A stretch of 38,757 nucleotides of DNA, from assembly GCA_032718475.1 (NCBI GenBank), contig JAUCBJ010004726.1, positions 1 through 38,757 on the forward strand, written 5' to 3'. The notes below the pieces were generated by a model. The model worked only from the letters and a program-made list of their open reading frames with translations. It did not search any database and was not told where the DNA came from. Shown here piece by piece: positions 1 through 10,260 of this stretch. The position numbers and the translations under genes are program-made. Position 1 is the stretch's first letter. Each line of letters opens with the position of its first letter. This DNA comes from Nemertoderma westbladi (Eukaryota; Animalia; Xenacoelomorpha).

Positions 1-7
1 ACAGGCA

Positions 8-691
8 ATGGGGATGGCGACGCTAATCGATGCACTAAAGACCAGGATCGAGTTTCCACCAGTCGAGTCATTTAAATTCGACGGAAGTAGGCCGGAAGAA
101 TACCTGCAATTCCGACGCATGTACAGCAACGAGATATTAAGTAAGAACCTAACGCAGGCGGAGTGCCTAAAATATCTGCAAGTATATACAGGAGGCCCAG
201 CGTACGACATCGTGAGGCAGTATCAGGGCATCGAGGGCGGCTTCACGACTGCATGGCGGGCCCTAGACAGGGAGTACGGACACCCAGCCAAGATCATCCG
301 GCAGACCCTGAGGGGTATAACATCGGGTGGCCTACAGGATAACCCCGTTAGCATAAAGACGTTTGCGAACAAAGTCGAGAAGGCGCTAATCGTGTTGAAG
401 ACTCTAGACGCGCCATACAAACTCAACGCATCTAATAACATCACCACGATAGCGCAGGCACTGCCGATCTGGCTGCGGAGCAAGTGGAGGAAGATCACCT
501 TCTCCACTCGGGAGAAGAAAGGTGCGGAGCCAGGGTTAGAGGAAATATCAAACTTCCTCAACTACGAATCAGAGTTGATTACAGACCCAGTCTATAGTGA
601 GGATAGTTTAGGGAAGGCGCCAAAGACCGAATACCTTTTTACAACAGGCCTAAACCCGAACACAATCCGACAGATCCATTCTCGAGAGTAA
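8..691 (+). pseudogene. BEL/Pao Gag (DUF1759-like capsid region), frameshifted relative to the downstream ORF
   Basis: Translation FKFDGSRPEEYLQFRRMY...CLKYLQVYTGGPAYDIVR...AWRALDREYGHP...LPIWLRSKW is typical of BEL/Pao Gag. Confidence 0.8.
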
Positions 692-1536
692 GACAGTCGC
701 TACCACACGCGGCCACACAGGGGACTGCTAGTCCACAGTTAGCTGGTAGTAGGGCCACACCGTGGCAGGAACAGAAAGAAAATAACACCACAAATAAACA
801 TAATCCCAAAACACCCAGTAGGCCGAGTCTAGATAACCAAAACACTAAATCGGTAGATATAAACCTACGCGCGATACATGAAGGACTATACAGGGAACGC
901 TACAATCCAGGATTCGAATGTCAATTACATCGGGACGGAACCCATAAGACCATGAGTTGTAAGCACTGGCAAGCGTTGCCCAAACAAGATTGTATAGCCT
1001 ACACAGACGCAAACGGACTATGTCATCGATGTGTGGTAGAAGGACACAGATCCGGAGAGTGTAGAGGAACAGCAATAGGAGATGATGATACTGGAGGCCA
1101 AACCATGGCTACAAGCACGACAGGAGTAAGAAGGAAGAGAAAAGTACTACTCGGGGTAGTACCAGTGAAGATAACAGGAAGGGGCGGTCGATCAGTTACG
1201 ACATTAATGCTGGTCGACAGCGGAGCAGCCTTCACGCTGGTGGAGAATTGGGTGGCCGAAGAGATAGGGCTAAAGACGGGGCCGAATAGGATGGCGGTAA
1301 CTACCGTCTCAAGTAAAGATGAGGTCCTGGAGATGAGGACGGGATGGTGCAAGATATCAGCGATTGCACCGGGATGCGACTATGGGGCGACCATCGACCC
1401 CATCCAGGTGATAGAGTCGATAAATATCAACGCCAGGCGATCAACCAACATTGAGGTCGAACAATATAGATTCATGGACAGTATCGATTTCTCAATACCA
1501 GAGGTGGACGTGTTAGGAAGGTATCCATTAAAGTAG
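607..1536 (+). pseudogene. BEL/Pao Gag zinc knuckles plus aspartic protease
   Basis: Frame +1 is open from 607 to 1536. It contains CQLHRDGTHKTMSC and CHRCVVEGHRSGEC knuckles, then VLLGVVPVKI...MLVDSGAAFTLV (DSG catalytic motif). Confidence 0.8.
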
Positions 1537-1538
1537 GA

Positions 1539-2255
1539 ATGAACTGCCCGACGGCCCACGAGAGAATGCAGACGGTCTTCAGCGAAGACAGACAGCGGGA
1601 TCCGACGGCGATCCTCGGATGGACGCTTAGTGGCCCAGTTAAAACCAAGATTCCATCCAGGGTGACGGAGACATCAGGGTGCATGTTACCAGGCACCGTA
1701 GACGCAGAGGACGACGAGAAGAAACCGGAGATGGTTGATGAGCCAGACGGGGAAGTAAAAGTAAGAGAGTGGGCGGAGGAGAATGGATTTCCCAGCAAGT
1801 ATCGGTATGGGGATGGAGAGGAGCAGACGGCGAGATGTCCAGAGGACAACCCGGAGGAGCGGACGGCGAGATGTCCGGAGGACAACAGTCCGGAGGAGTG
1901 TCGGAAGGAGTGTCCGGAAGAGACGCCGGTCCGGTTGAGAGGCATACCGACAAGGGGGAGGTCGAGTGAGAAGACAGGATGGAAAGGGATAGTATTACTA
2001 TTGTTCGTTCTGTTCTATCTATTCTTCCGATTTCCTTTCATTCTGCCGCCGGGAGACAACCAGATGAAGGGTGGCATTTTGATGCCAAGAGACGAGGGAA
2101 TTAAGAAGGCGGCGGAGAGACCCGATTTTAGGGTGGCAGAAGAGGGAGAACCAATTCCTGGTGAGTTGGAATTGGCGAGGAGAGTGTGGCGAATCCTACA
2201 GGACCTACAAGGGGAGCAGTGGGAGAGTGCCTGTTGGAAGAATCGCCCTAGTTAG
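1539..2255 (+). pseudogene. BEL/Pao post-protease segment fused to acidic repeats, a hydrophobic helix and a remnant of the integrase C-terminal region
   Basis: GMNCP and LGWTLSGPV motifs, EEQTARCPEDNP repeats, hydrophobic IVLLLFVLFYLFFRFPFIL, and PGE..LARRVWRILQDL resembling the DUF5641-type RRWRQVQ.L motif. Confidence 0.55.
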
Positions 2256-2285
2256 ATGAAGTTTAGTCGTCCAATATTTTGGACT

Positions 2286-2299
2286 GAGGGGGGTGGGAA
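2286..2299 (+). promoter_or_regulatory. Polypurine-tract-like sequence 1 (GAGGGGGGTGGGAA, followed by TG)
   Basis: G-run immediately after the last ORF, the usual PPT position in BEL/Pao elements. Confidence 0.45.
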
Positions 2300-2371
2300 T
2301 GAGGGCGAGACGCCCTTCCCACGCACAAATAATTATTTAAATAAAATAATAAAAATAATTAAATAATTAAG

Positions 2372-3960
2372 TAAGAAAGTTAGTAGGAGATAGTAAGTAG
2401 AAAGCTAGAAAGTCAGAAAGTTAGTAGAAGTTAGAAGTAGTAGAAGATAGTAAGTAGTAGTTAGAAGATAATAGAAAGTTAGAAAGTTAGTTAGAGTTAG
2501 AAGTCGGCGGGTACAGGGAGTGTGGCATATTGACATGCCACGAGTAGTAGCAGAGGGGTTGTGGGCACCGGAAGCGCCACGTAGAAAGTAGTAGTAGAGG
2601 GGTTGTGGGCACCGTAAGCGCCACGTAAAAAGAGAGTAGAGGGGTTGTGGGCACCGAAAGCGCCACGTAGAAAGTAGTAAGCGGAGTAGACTTAGCAGAG
2701 AGTTCTAGTTAGAGTTGTAGAGAGTTAGAGAGTTCTAGTTAGAGCTAGTAGAGTTAGAGTTAGTAGAGAGTTCTAGTTAGAGCTAGTAGAGTTAGAGTTA
2801 GTAGAGAGTTAGAGAGTTCTAGTTAGAGCTACAGTACAGGCCACCAGAAAACGCAGATTTGTACAATTGTGAACACATTTTATCAAATGTGTACCAGTGT
2901 AATGTAATGTTGTTGAACGGGACAATTGAACATAATTGAATTGGCAACAACCAAAATCTTTTCGCCAAAGGATACAATTGAATACTTTTGAAAAGCTTAG
3001 TAATCAGGAAACTCTCTGTAGTTTGCCGCTAACTGTCACTCACTGCAGCTGGAAATGCGATAAGGATTTTGTTTACCTTTATAGTGAGGGGTTAATAGTG
3101 TCTAGTAGGCAGGCCTATAGTTAAGGCATGTTAAGGCATCTTCTGGTGCTTCTCTGTGCCCTCTCGGTGTCAGACTAATGGCGCGACATCTCCCTGCACT
3201 AAATTAATTATTCAATGGTCTAGGCTCCTCCATCCACATACCCATTCACTCCCATACACTCCATGAACCTCCATGTGGTCTTGTATGTAGTTCTCTATAT
3301 ACCAATACAGCCCATGTCCGCAATGTTACGCCCTGGGGGCTCTCTCATCTACCTGATATCAGACATACAGGCGCACCACACACAAAGCTTTTGTCTGTCC
3401 CAGCAAGTTAGCCTCCTGCTGTGTGATCTAGAAGATAACTTGCCATAACCTGCCAATCAGATAACTTGAACAAATGTGTTCACATGTGATCACATTGGAT
3501 GAAATCTGCTTTTTCTGGTGGCCTGTACTGTAGTAGAGTTAGAGTTAGTAGAGAGTTAGAGAGTTCTAGTTAGAGCTAGTAGAGTTAGAGTTAGTAGAGA
3601 GTTAGAGAGTTCTAGTTAGAGTTAGTAGAGTTAGAGTTAGTAGAGGTAGAGAGTTAGTAGAAGTAGAGAGTTAGGAGAGAGTTAGAAAGCTAATAGAGTT
3701 AGAGTTAGAGTCAGTAGAGTTAGAGTTAGTAGAGTAAGTAGTAAGTTAGATTTAGATAAGGTAGATAGTATGATAGCACAGTATGATAGTATAAGAGATT
3801 CAGCGCCTTTTTAGGATTGGTAGAGAATAGAGGAGCACAGAGATAGTGAGAGGAGCTGTTGGCGAGAGAGAAGTTAGAGTGCGATTTAGAGTGGAGTTGA
3901 GTTAGAGTTGAGCTAGAGAGTAAGGTAGAGTGGAGAAGTTCGAGTGAGAAGTTCAGAGTG
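2372..3960 (+). repeat. Purine-rich, C-poor low-complexity tandem repeats (AGAGTT/AGTAG/AGAGTTCTAGTT) in the retroelement 3' region, interrupted by a MITE
   Basis: Directly visible. Includes three copies of AGAGGGGTTGTGGGCACCGNAAGCGCCACGTA at about 2553, 2596 and 2638. Confidence 0.9.
2832..3530. mobile_element. Tc1/mariner-type MITE (699 bp) with 29-bp TIRs and TA target-site duplication
   Basis: Left end CAGTACAGGCCACCAGAAAACGCAGATTT; right end reverse complement CAGTACAGGCCACCAGAAAAAGCAGATTT (1 mismatch). TA at 2830-31 and 3531-32. Removing it restores the host repeat gagcTAgtagagtt. Confidence 0.92.
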
Positions 3961-4214
3961 AGAGCTTTTTAAAATTGTGTGAGAGAAATCCACAATTGTC
4001 TCAAACCGAGACGCCAGATGTCTTGGTGCAACATAGGTTGCGGTTGCGCCAAGAGAGGGTAGCGACATCATACCCAGCGGGAGCGGCCTGGAAAGCCGGC
4101 TTCAGTAAAAGATAACTCCACCCCACTCCCGAATGTAGATCGAGTTCCAGCGGAATTGAAGCACACTTAGTGGTTGATGCTATCTTCTCACCGGGAAGAT
4201 AGCATGGGGGGGAG

Positions 4215-4428
4215 TGTGAGCGTATTCAATTCCGCTCAACACCCCATAAAGTTGGGAAACGGCGCCTTTGAGCAATATTGGAGAGTACGAGGTTGATTAC
4301 CAATCAACCTCGTATCACCCCCAATAAACGGGGACGACAAAGCCCCAAAGGGCCGCACACAATGGAGGTCAGAGGTTAAACCTCCGGGAGAGGGAAAGTG
4401 ACAGTAGCGAGGGGGAAACATTCCCACA
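4215..4428 (+). repeat. Candidate 3' LTR of the BEL/Pao derivative
   Basis: Preceded by PPT-like GGGGGGGAG (4206-4214), starts TGTG and ends CACA, with AATAAA at 4323-4328. The 5' LTR is not in the window, so it cannot be confirmed. Confidence 0.45.
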
Positions 4429-5104
4429 GAGGTGGGAGCCGAGAATTAGGTTATCAACCAATAGGGGACAAGGAAGGCATCCGCTGAGTGATAGGGCCAA
4501 TGTAGTGTAGAGATAATCATATATTACCGGTCGGTATTTTATCTCCTATTCAGTTTACTCAGTCACTCAGGGCAGTACGGTGACACTTTAACACCGTCAC
4601 CGACGTCACCAATATATTATCATTAACGGTATACTGTCATCTATACTACTTGTGCTGTCATATCACATATCTCATTAGCATACATGTATCTTATTATTAA
4701 TAATATTGGAAGAACGACTAACTCTTTTTCCATCACACGGTGCGGCTGACGCATATATAAACCAAACCGGTCGGGATCCTCTGATCCCGTCACATAGTTA
4801 ACAAATTTAATGTTAATATAATTGGGAATTGCAATATGATTTGTAACGGTACTACATAATTTTTTTGTTGATATAAACATTTTATTTGGTGTTGAAATAA
4901 TTTAAGACATTCTTTGTCAGGGTCGGAATTATCAGGAAGTACGTACAGTAGAATCCGCAATGCCATATTAAACCAGTTGCAGTCCTTTAAGTTAAATATT
5001 ATTAACAAATTTACCATATCAAAGGCAGCATATAATCTTCATCAGAATTTCGTCAATTATATGGAAAAACATAGAAACTGTTTCATTCAAACTATAAGTG
5101 TTTA

Positions 5105-7628
5105 GGTTATATTGAAAAATATCGAGATATGAAAAATATCGCCAGTAAACATATCGGGTGGGTGTTGAAAAATATTGATAATATCGGGTGTTCACAAACT
5201 ATCGAGTGTAAAAATATCGAGACAAAATATCGAGAGTAAAAATATCGCAAGTAAAATATATTTTTATGGAAGGTTTTAAGACATTGTTTATTTTAGTTTC
5301 TATGGTACTACTACTGTATACTGTAGTTTCCTAGAATTTTCATTGGTAGCTACAGTAGTGTATTGTGAAAAAATTATGTTTATTTTAGTTTTTATTGTAC
5401 GAGCTAGTGTTTTCGTTGGTAGCTAGGGTAAAAATTATAGCTAATTTTACTCGAGCGATATTTTTACTCGCAATATCTTTACTCTCGATATTTTTACTCT
5501 CGATATTTTTACTTTCGATATTTTTCAACACTCGATATTTTTACTCTCGATATTTTTACTCTCGATATTTTTACTCTCGATATTTTTACTCTCGATATTT
5601 TTACTCTCGATAATTTTACTCTCGATATTTTTACTCTCGATAATTCTACTCTCGATAATTTTACTCTCGATATTTTTACTCGCAATATTTTTCATCTCGC
5701 GATATTTTTACTCACAATATTTTTACTCTCGATAATTTTACTCACGATATTTTTACTCTCGATAATTTTACTCTCGATATCTTTACTTTCGATATTTTTA
5801 CTCACGATATTTTTACTCTCGATATTTTTACTCTCGATATTTTTACTCTCGATAATTTTACTCTCGATATTTTTACTCTCGATATTTTTATTCTCGATAA
5901 TTTTACTCTCGATGTTTTTACTCTCGATAATTTTACTCTCGATATTTTTACTCTCGATATTTTTACTCTCGATAATTTTACTCTCGATATTTTTACTCTC
6001 GATATTTTTACTCTCGATATTTTTACTCTCGATAATTTTACTCTCGATATTTTTACTCTCGATATTTTTACTCTCGATAATTTTACTCTCGATGTTTTTA
6101 CTCTCGATAATTTTACTCTCGATATTTTTACTCTCGATATTTTTACTCTCGATAATTTTACTCTCGATAATTTTACTCTCGATATTTTTACTCTCGATAT
6201 TTTTACTCTCGATAATTTTACTCTCGATGTTTTTACTCTCGATAATTTTACTCTCGATATTTTTACTCTCGATATTTTTACTCTCGATAATTTTACTCTC
6301 GATATTTTTACTCTCGATAATTTTACTCTCGATATTTTTACTCTCGATATTTTTACTCTCGATAATTTTACTCTCGATAATTTTACTCTCGATGTTTTTA
6401 CTCTCGATACTTTTACTCTCGATATTTTTACTCTCGATATTTTTACTTTCGATATTTTTACTCACGATATTTTTACTCTCGATATTTTTACTCTCGATAT
6501 TTTTACTCTCGATATCTTTACTTTCGATATTTTTACTCTCGATAATTTTACTCTCGATATTTTTACTCTCGATAATTTTACTCTCGATATTTTTACTCTC
6601 GATATTTTTACTCTCGATATCTTTACTTTCGATATTTTTACTCACGATATTTTTACTCTCGATATTTTTACTCTCGATATTTTTACTCTCGATATCTTTA
6701 CTTTCGATATTTTTACTCTCGATAATTTTACTCTCGATATTTTTACTCTCGATAATTTTACTCTCGATATTTTTACTCTCGATATTTTTACTCTCGATAA
6801 TTTTACTCTCGATATTTTTACTCTCGATATTTTTACTCTCGATACTTTTACTCTCGATATTTTTACTCTCGATATTTTTACTTTCGATATTTTTACTCTC
6901 GATAATTTTACTCTCGATAATTTTACTCTCGATATTTTTACTCTCGATATTTTTACTCTCGATAATTTTACTCTCGATGTTTTTACTCTCGATAATTTTA
7001 CTCTCGATATTTTTACTCTCGATATTTTTACTCTCGATAATTTTACTCTCGATATTTTTACTCTCGATAATTTTACTCTCGATATTTTTACTCTCGATAT
7101 TTTTACTCTCGATAATTTTACTCTCGATAATTTTACTCTCGATGTTTTTACTCTCGATACTTTTACTCTCGATATTTTTACTCTCGATATTTTTACTCTC
7201 GATAATTTTACTCTCGATATTTTTACTCTCGATATTTTTACTCTCGATATTTTTACTCGCGATATTTTTACTCTGTATATTTTTACTCTCGATATTTTTA
7301 CTCTCGATATTTTTACTCTCGATATTTTTACTCTCGATATTTTTACTCTCGATATTTTTACTCTCGATATTTTTACTCTCGATATTTTTACTCTCGATAT
7401 TTTTACTCTCGATATTTTTACTCTCGATATTTTTACTCTTGATATTTTTCTCTCGATATTTTTACTCTCGATATTTTTACTCTCGATATTTTTACTCTCG
7501 ATATTTTTACTCTCGATATTTTTTACTCTAGATATTTTTGCTCTCGATGTTTTTACTCTCGATATTTTTACTCTAGATATTTTTACTATCGATATTTTTT
7601 TTTACTCTCGATATTTTTTACCAGTACC
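5105..7628. mobile_element. Foldback/MULE-like non-autonomous element whose inverted arms are made of 15-bp repeats
   Basis: The left arm (5105-5260) carries degenerate AAAAATATCGAGAGT copies and the right arm carries the reverse complement. Ends are GGT.../...ACC. Flanks TAAGTGTTTA (5095-5104) and AATGTGTTTA (7629-7638) match 8/10, a possible TSD. Confidence 0.5.
5445..7620. repeat. 15-bp tandem satellite (TTTTACTCTCGATAT)n, about 145 copies
   Basis: Directly visible, with variant monomers (GATAA, GATGT, GATAC, CTCAC, CTTTC). Confidence 0.98.
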
Positions 7629-9988
7629 AATGTGTTTAATGTAGTACATTACGATTATTTATTTACATCATTCCAATTCTATTGATTTCCATTTAAATTC
7701 CTTAATGATTATTTATTGATTTGATTATTTATTGATTTAATAAGAAAAGGATCGACAAACTGTAAATCCAGATTGGAAGAATAATTTATTTTATTTTAAA
7801 ACTATTTATTTTACAGTAATTTAAATACTAACATCGGTTCACACTCCATTGAATCACCTTCGATTGATATCGCTCTCTGCGCTCGTTCGGTAGATACGCG
7901 ATAGTATTTTATTTACCGTCTCTTGTTTTGTGTCAATTAGAGGATTCATAAATTATTGTTATGTTTGCTGTGTTCAATATTTTGTGAATATTTTGTGAGA
8001 ATAAATAAATTGTATTCTTTACAATCGTAGATGTGTGAGCGACGAGCTTCCCAAGGCTATTTCCCAATACTCGAAGAGTCTTTCGGTTATTAACAGAGAG
8101 ATATCGACTCCCAACATGCCAGGAGATACAAACTTTACGGTGAGATTACACTTATTTTGTTTCAGTATATTTAACCGTTAAATAGACTAAGGTGTCCTGG
8201 ATCACTTTTCTTAAAAAATATGAAAAAAGTTCGGTAAGAAAAATTTTAGTAAAATGTTTATAGCAAGTTCATAAAGGGAGATGAATGTTTTAGAAATTGG
8301 GGGTAAAAAGTAAAAAAATTTAACGGACTTCAAGTAGGCCTACTCTGTCTAACTAGATCGGAAACACACTCCCCAATTTAGTCCACCAATATTGTACCTT
8401 AGCGACATGACAGGAGAAAAAGACTTTATAATATAGAAATATAAATTACATGAAGGGGGTAATGGGAACAAGGAAATATAGGAGGAGGGTTTGGTGTTTA
8501 GTAAGATACAGAAAATTTGATTATATTTTAAAAGCATAATTAATTGCTAAATTAACTAATTAACAACTTTTTTAGGATGTTATGAATAATCTGGAGAAGA
8601 TATGCAAGATGATCGAGCTGAATGCAGCTGTTGGTTCTAGTCCATCTAGTTCCAGACCACACTCTACCGGCTTGGCCATAAAAGCCTTCTAAATATTGCA
8701 ACATAAGAACATTTGTAATATTTTTTCGAACTAATTATTTTTAATAATTTTAATAACTCTTCAGTTCATTGTTTAGATTAGTTTAATTTAATTTTTTAAA
8801 TATCTTGCCCTATTTCTATATCAGGTTATGTATTATAATATAATAAACTTCACGAATCTTAGAAGGTAATATATGTAGATAAATACATTGTACGTTCATA
8901 CATTCACCATAAATTTATACTAATAATCAATTTTAATAATTAATTAAAAAATATTACTTTTTAAGGGGTAAACGGCCCAGGGACAGGTGGTATCATAGTT
9001 ACAGTTAACAGGGTTACAGGGGGTAACAGAAGGAGGTAAACACGAGGAAACGGTCGAAATGGCGGGTGTAAGTCAATTTTGATTTATTTTTGCGGGAAGC
9101 CAATTTTTACAATCGGCTGTGATTGGCTGCAACAGATTTGACCTCATTACAAAGTGATGAAATACACATTAGATCTTGATCATTTCACACGTGGTTTATA
9201 TTAATTGAAAGCGGAGAGTTTTGCGCGTCTTTTGACACCACAATTAATTAAATTCTTGATGAAGAACATTGATAAAATGCATTTTCCAGCTGTATTTCCA
9301 GCAGCACTACTGTATTCCAATCTGTATTGATTACGGAAAGGCCTACAGATTAGATTTAAAATAACACTAAACTTGTAATACCGGTCAGCCGGTACTATAA
9401 TACCCTAATAATTGGAAGTAGCAGTACACTAGGCCCCTACTTGAATATTAAAAATGTGTACCGGTCACAGGTAAACCCAACTTAATGAAGTAAATCTGCA
9501 ATACTCAGATACTGCAATAGTAAAATCATTACAATTCTATGGGATACTTTTCGATAGGTTTTTTTTTACCTTTTTGCCTTACTTCTGGCGAAGGAACATT
9601 CATGCCGTTGCAAGGCACATTTCTTATTTCTGCTAGCGCAGAAACTGAGTTTTACCTTAGCCGAAATAAGATGATGATAGAAGATGATAAGAAGATGGCG
9701 CATGATCGAAGAGTTAATACTGTACAGTACAATCATGTACAGAGAAACTGTATGAACGAAACAGAATAAAATGGTCAATCTAAGACTTGTGACCAAATAT
9801 CAGTTCGCTTCTTGAACGTGGTCCTATCCGAAAACAATGAAGATAGTTTGAATTTCGGTGAATCGGAGTAAGCAGGCCTAGATCAACTCAATTAAAACCT
9901 TTTGTATTCATCATCATTGTATGACACTTGCACAATACACATACTGTACAGTACGTTCTCCAATATATCAACAATATTACACAAAAAA

Positions 9989-10260
9989 GGCCGGGTCGCT
10001 CAGTTGGTTGAGCGCCGGGCCTGCAATCTATTGGTTGTAGGTTCAGCCCCGCCACGGTCCACTCAGCCTTTCAGCCTTACAGGGGTCGATAAAATGAGTA
10101 CCAGTTAAATATCTGGGAGCAAATCTTGGGATAGGAGTAGCGCCCACCCCTACCTTCGCGTAGCAGATAGGAGTAGCGCCCACCCCTACCCTCGGGTACC
10201 ACCTATCAAAAGAGGAGCCTTCGGGTCGCCTCCGGCCTCGACCGACTGTTTGCTTTGCTC
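9989..10260 (+). mobile_element. tRNA-derived SINE with Nin/Deu-like core, 10-bp TSD
   Basis: tRNA-like head (GCTCAGTTGGTTGAGC A-box, GGTTCAGCCC B-box), core ACTCAGCCTTTCAGCC...GGTCGATAAAATGAGTACCAG and (TTGCT) tail. ACACAAAAAA at 9979-9988 and 10261-10270. A second copy lies at 20072-20305. Confidence 0.88.

Larger units (their letters stand above)
1..4428 (+). mobile_element. BEL/Pao LTR-retrotransposon derivative (5' end outside window), non-autonomous: gag + protease, no RT/RNase H/integrase core
   Basis: Gag motifs (FDG..EY.QF, KYLQVYTGGPA, AW.ALDREYGHP), Cys/His knuckles, DSG protease and the BEL-type LGWTLSGP motif. A G-rich polypurine tract follows the ORF, and a candidate TGTG...CACA LTR lies at 4215-4428. 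The right boundary is uncertain. Confidence 0.8.

Noticed and set aside
607-691. Programmed -1 frameshift between the gag ORFs
   Set aside because: The frames overlap but there is no canonical X XXY YYZ heptamer in frame (best is C CTT TTT). BEL elements usually have a single ORF, so an indel is more likely.
2553-2670. CRISPR-like repeat-spacer pattern (3 x 32-bp hairpin repeats)
   Set aside because: The spacers are only about 10 bp of low-complexity purine repeat, the context is eukaryotic, and there are no cas genes.
2690-3740. Telomere-like repeats
   Set aside because: The units are TTAGAG/TTAGTAG variants inside a retroelement, not a TTAGGG or TTAGG array.
5692-7531. Long ORFs (317 aa SKNIE repeats; 539 aa LLSIF repeats)
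   Set aside because: By-products of a stop-free 15-bp satellite, open on both strands with no unique coding context.
8352-8437. Tiny Helitron-like element (ACTAG...TTTATAATATAGA)
   Set aside because: The termini are suggestive, but there is no clear 3' hairpin and no second copy in the window.
9989-10060. Possible tRNA-Cys(GCA) gene
   Set aside because: The anticodon and acceptor stems pair poorly and the B-box is altered. It continues into a SINE body with a TSD.
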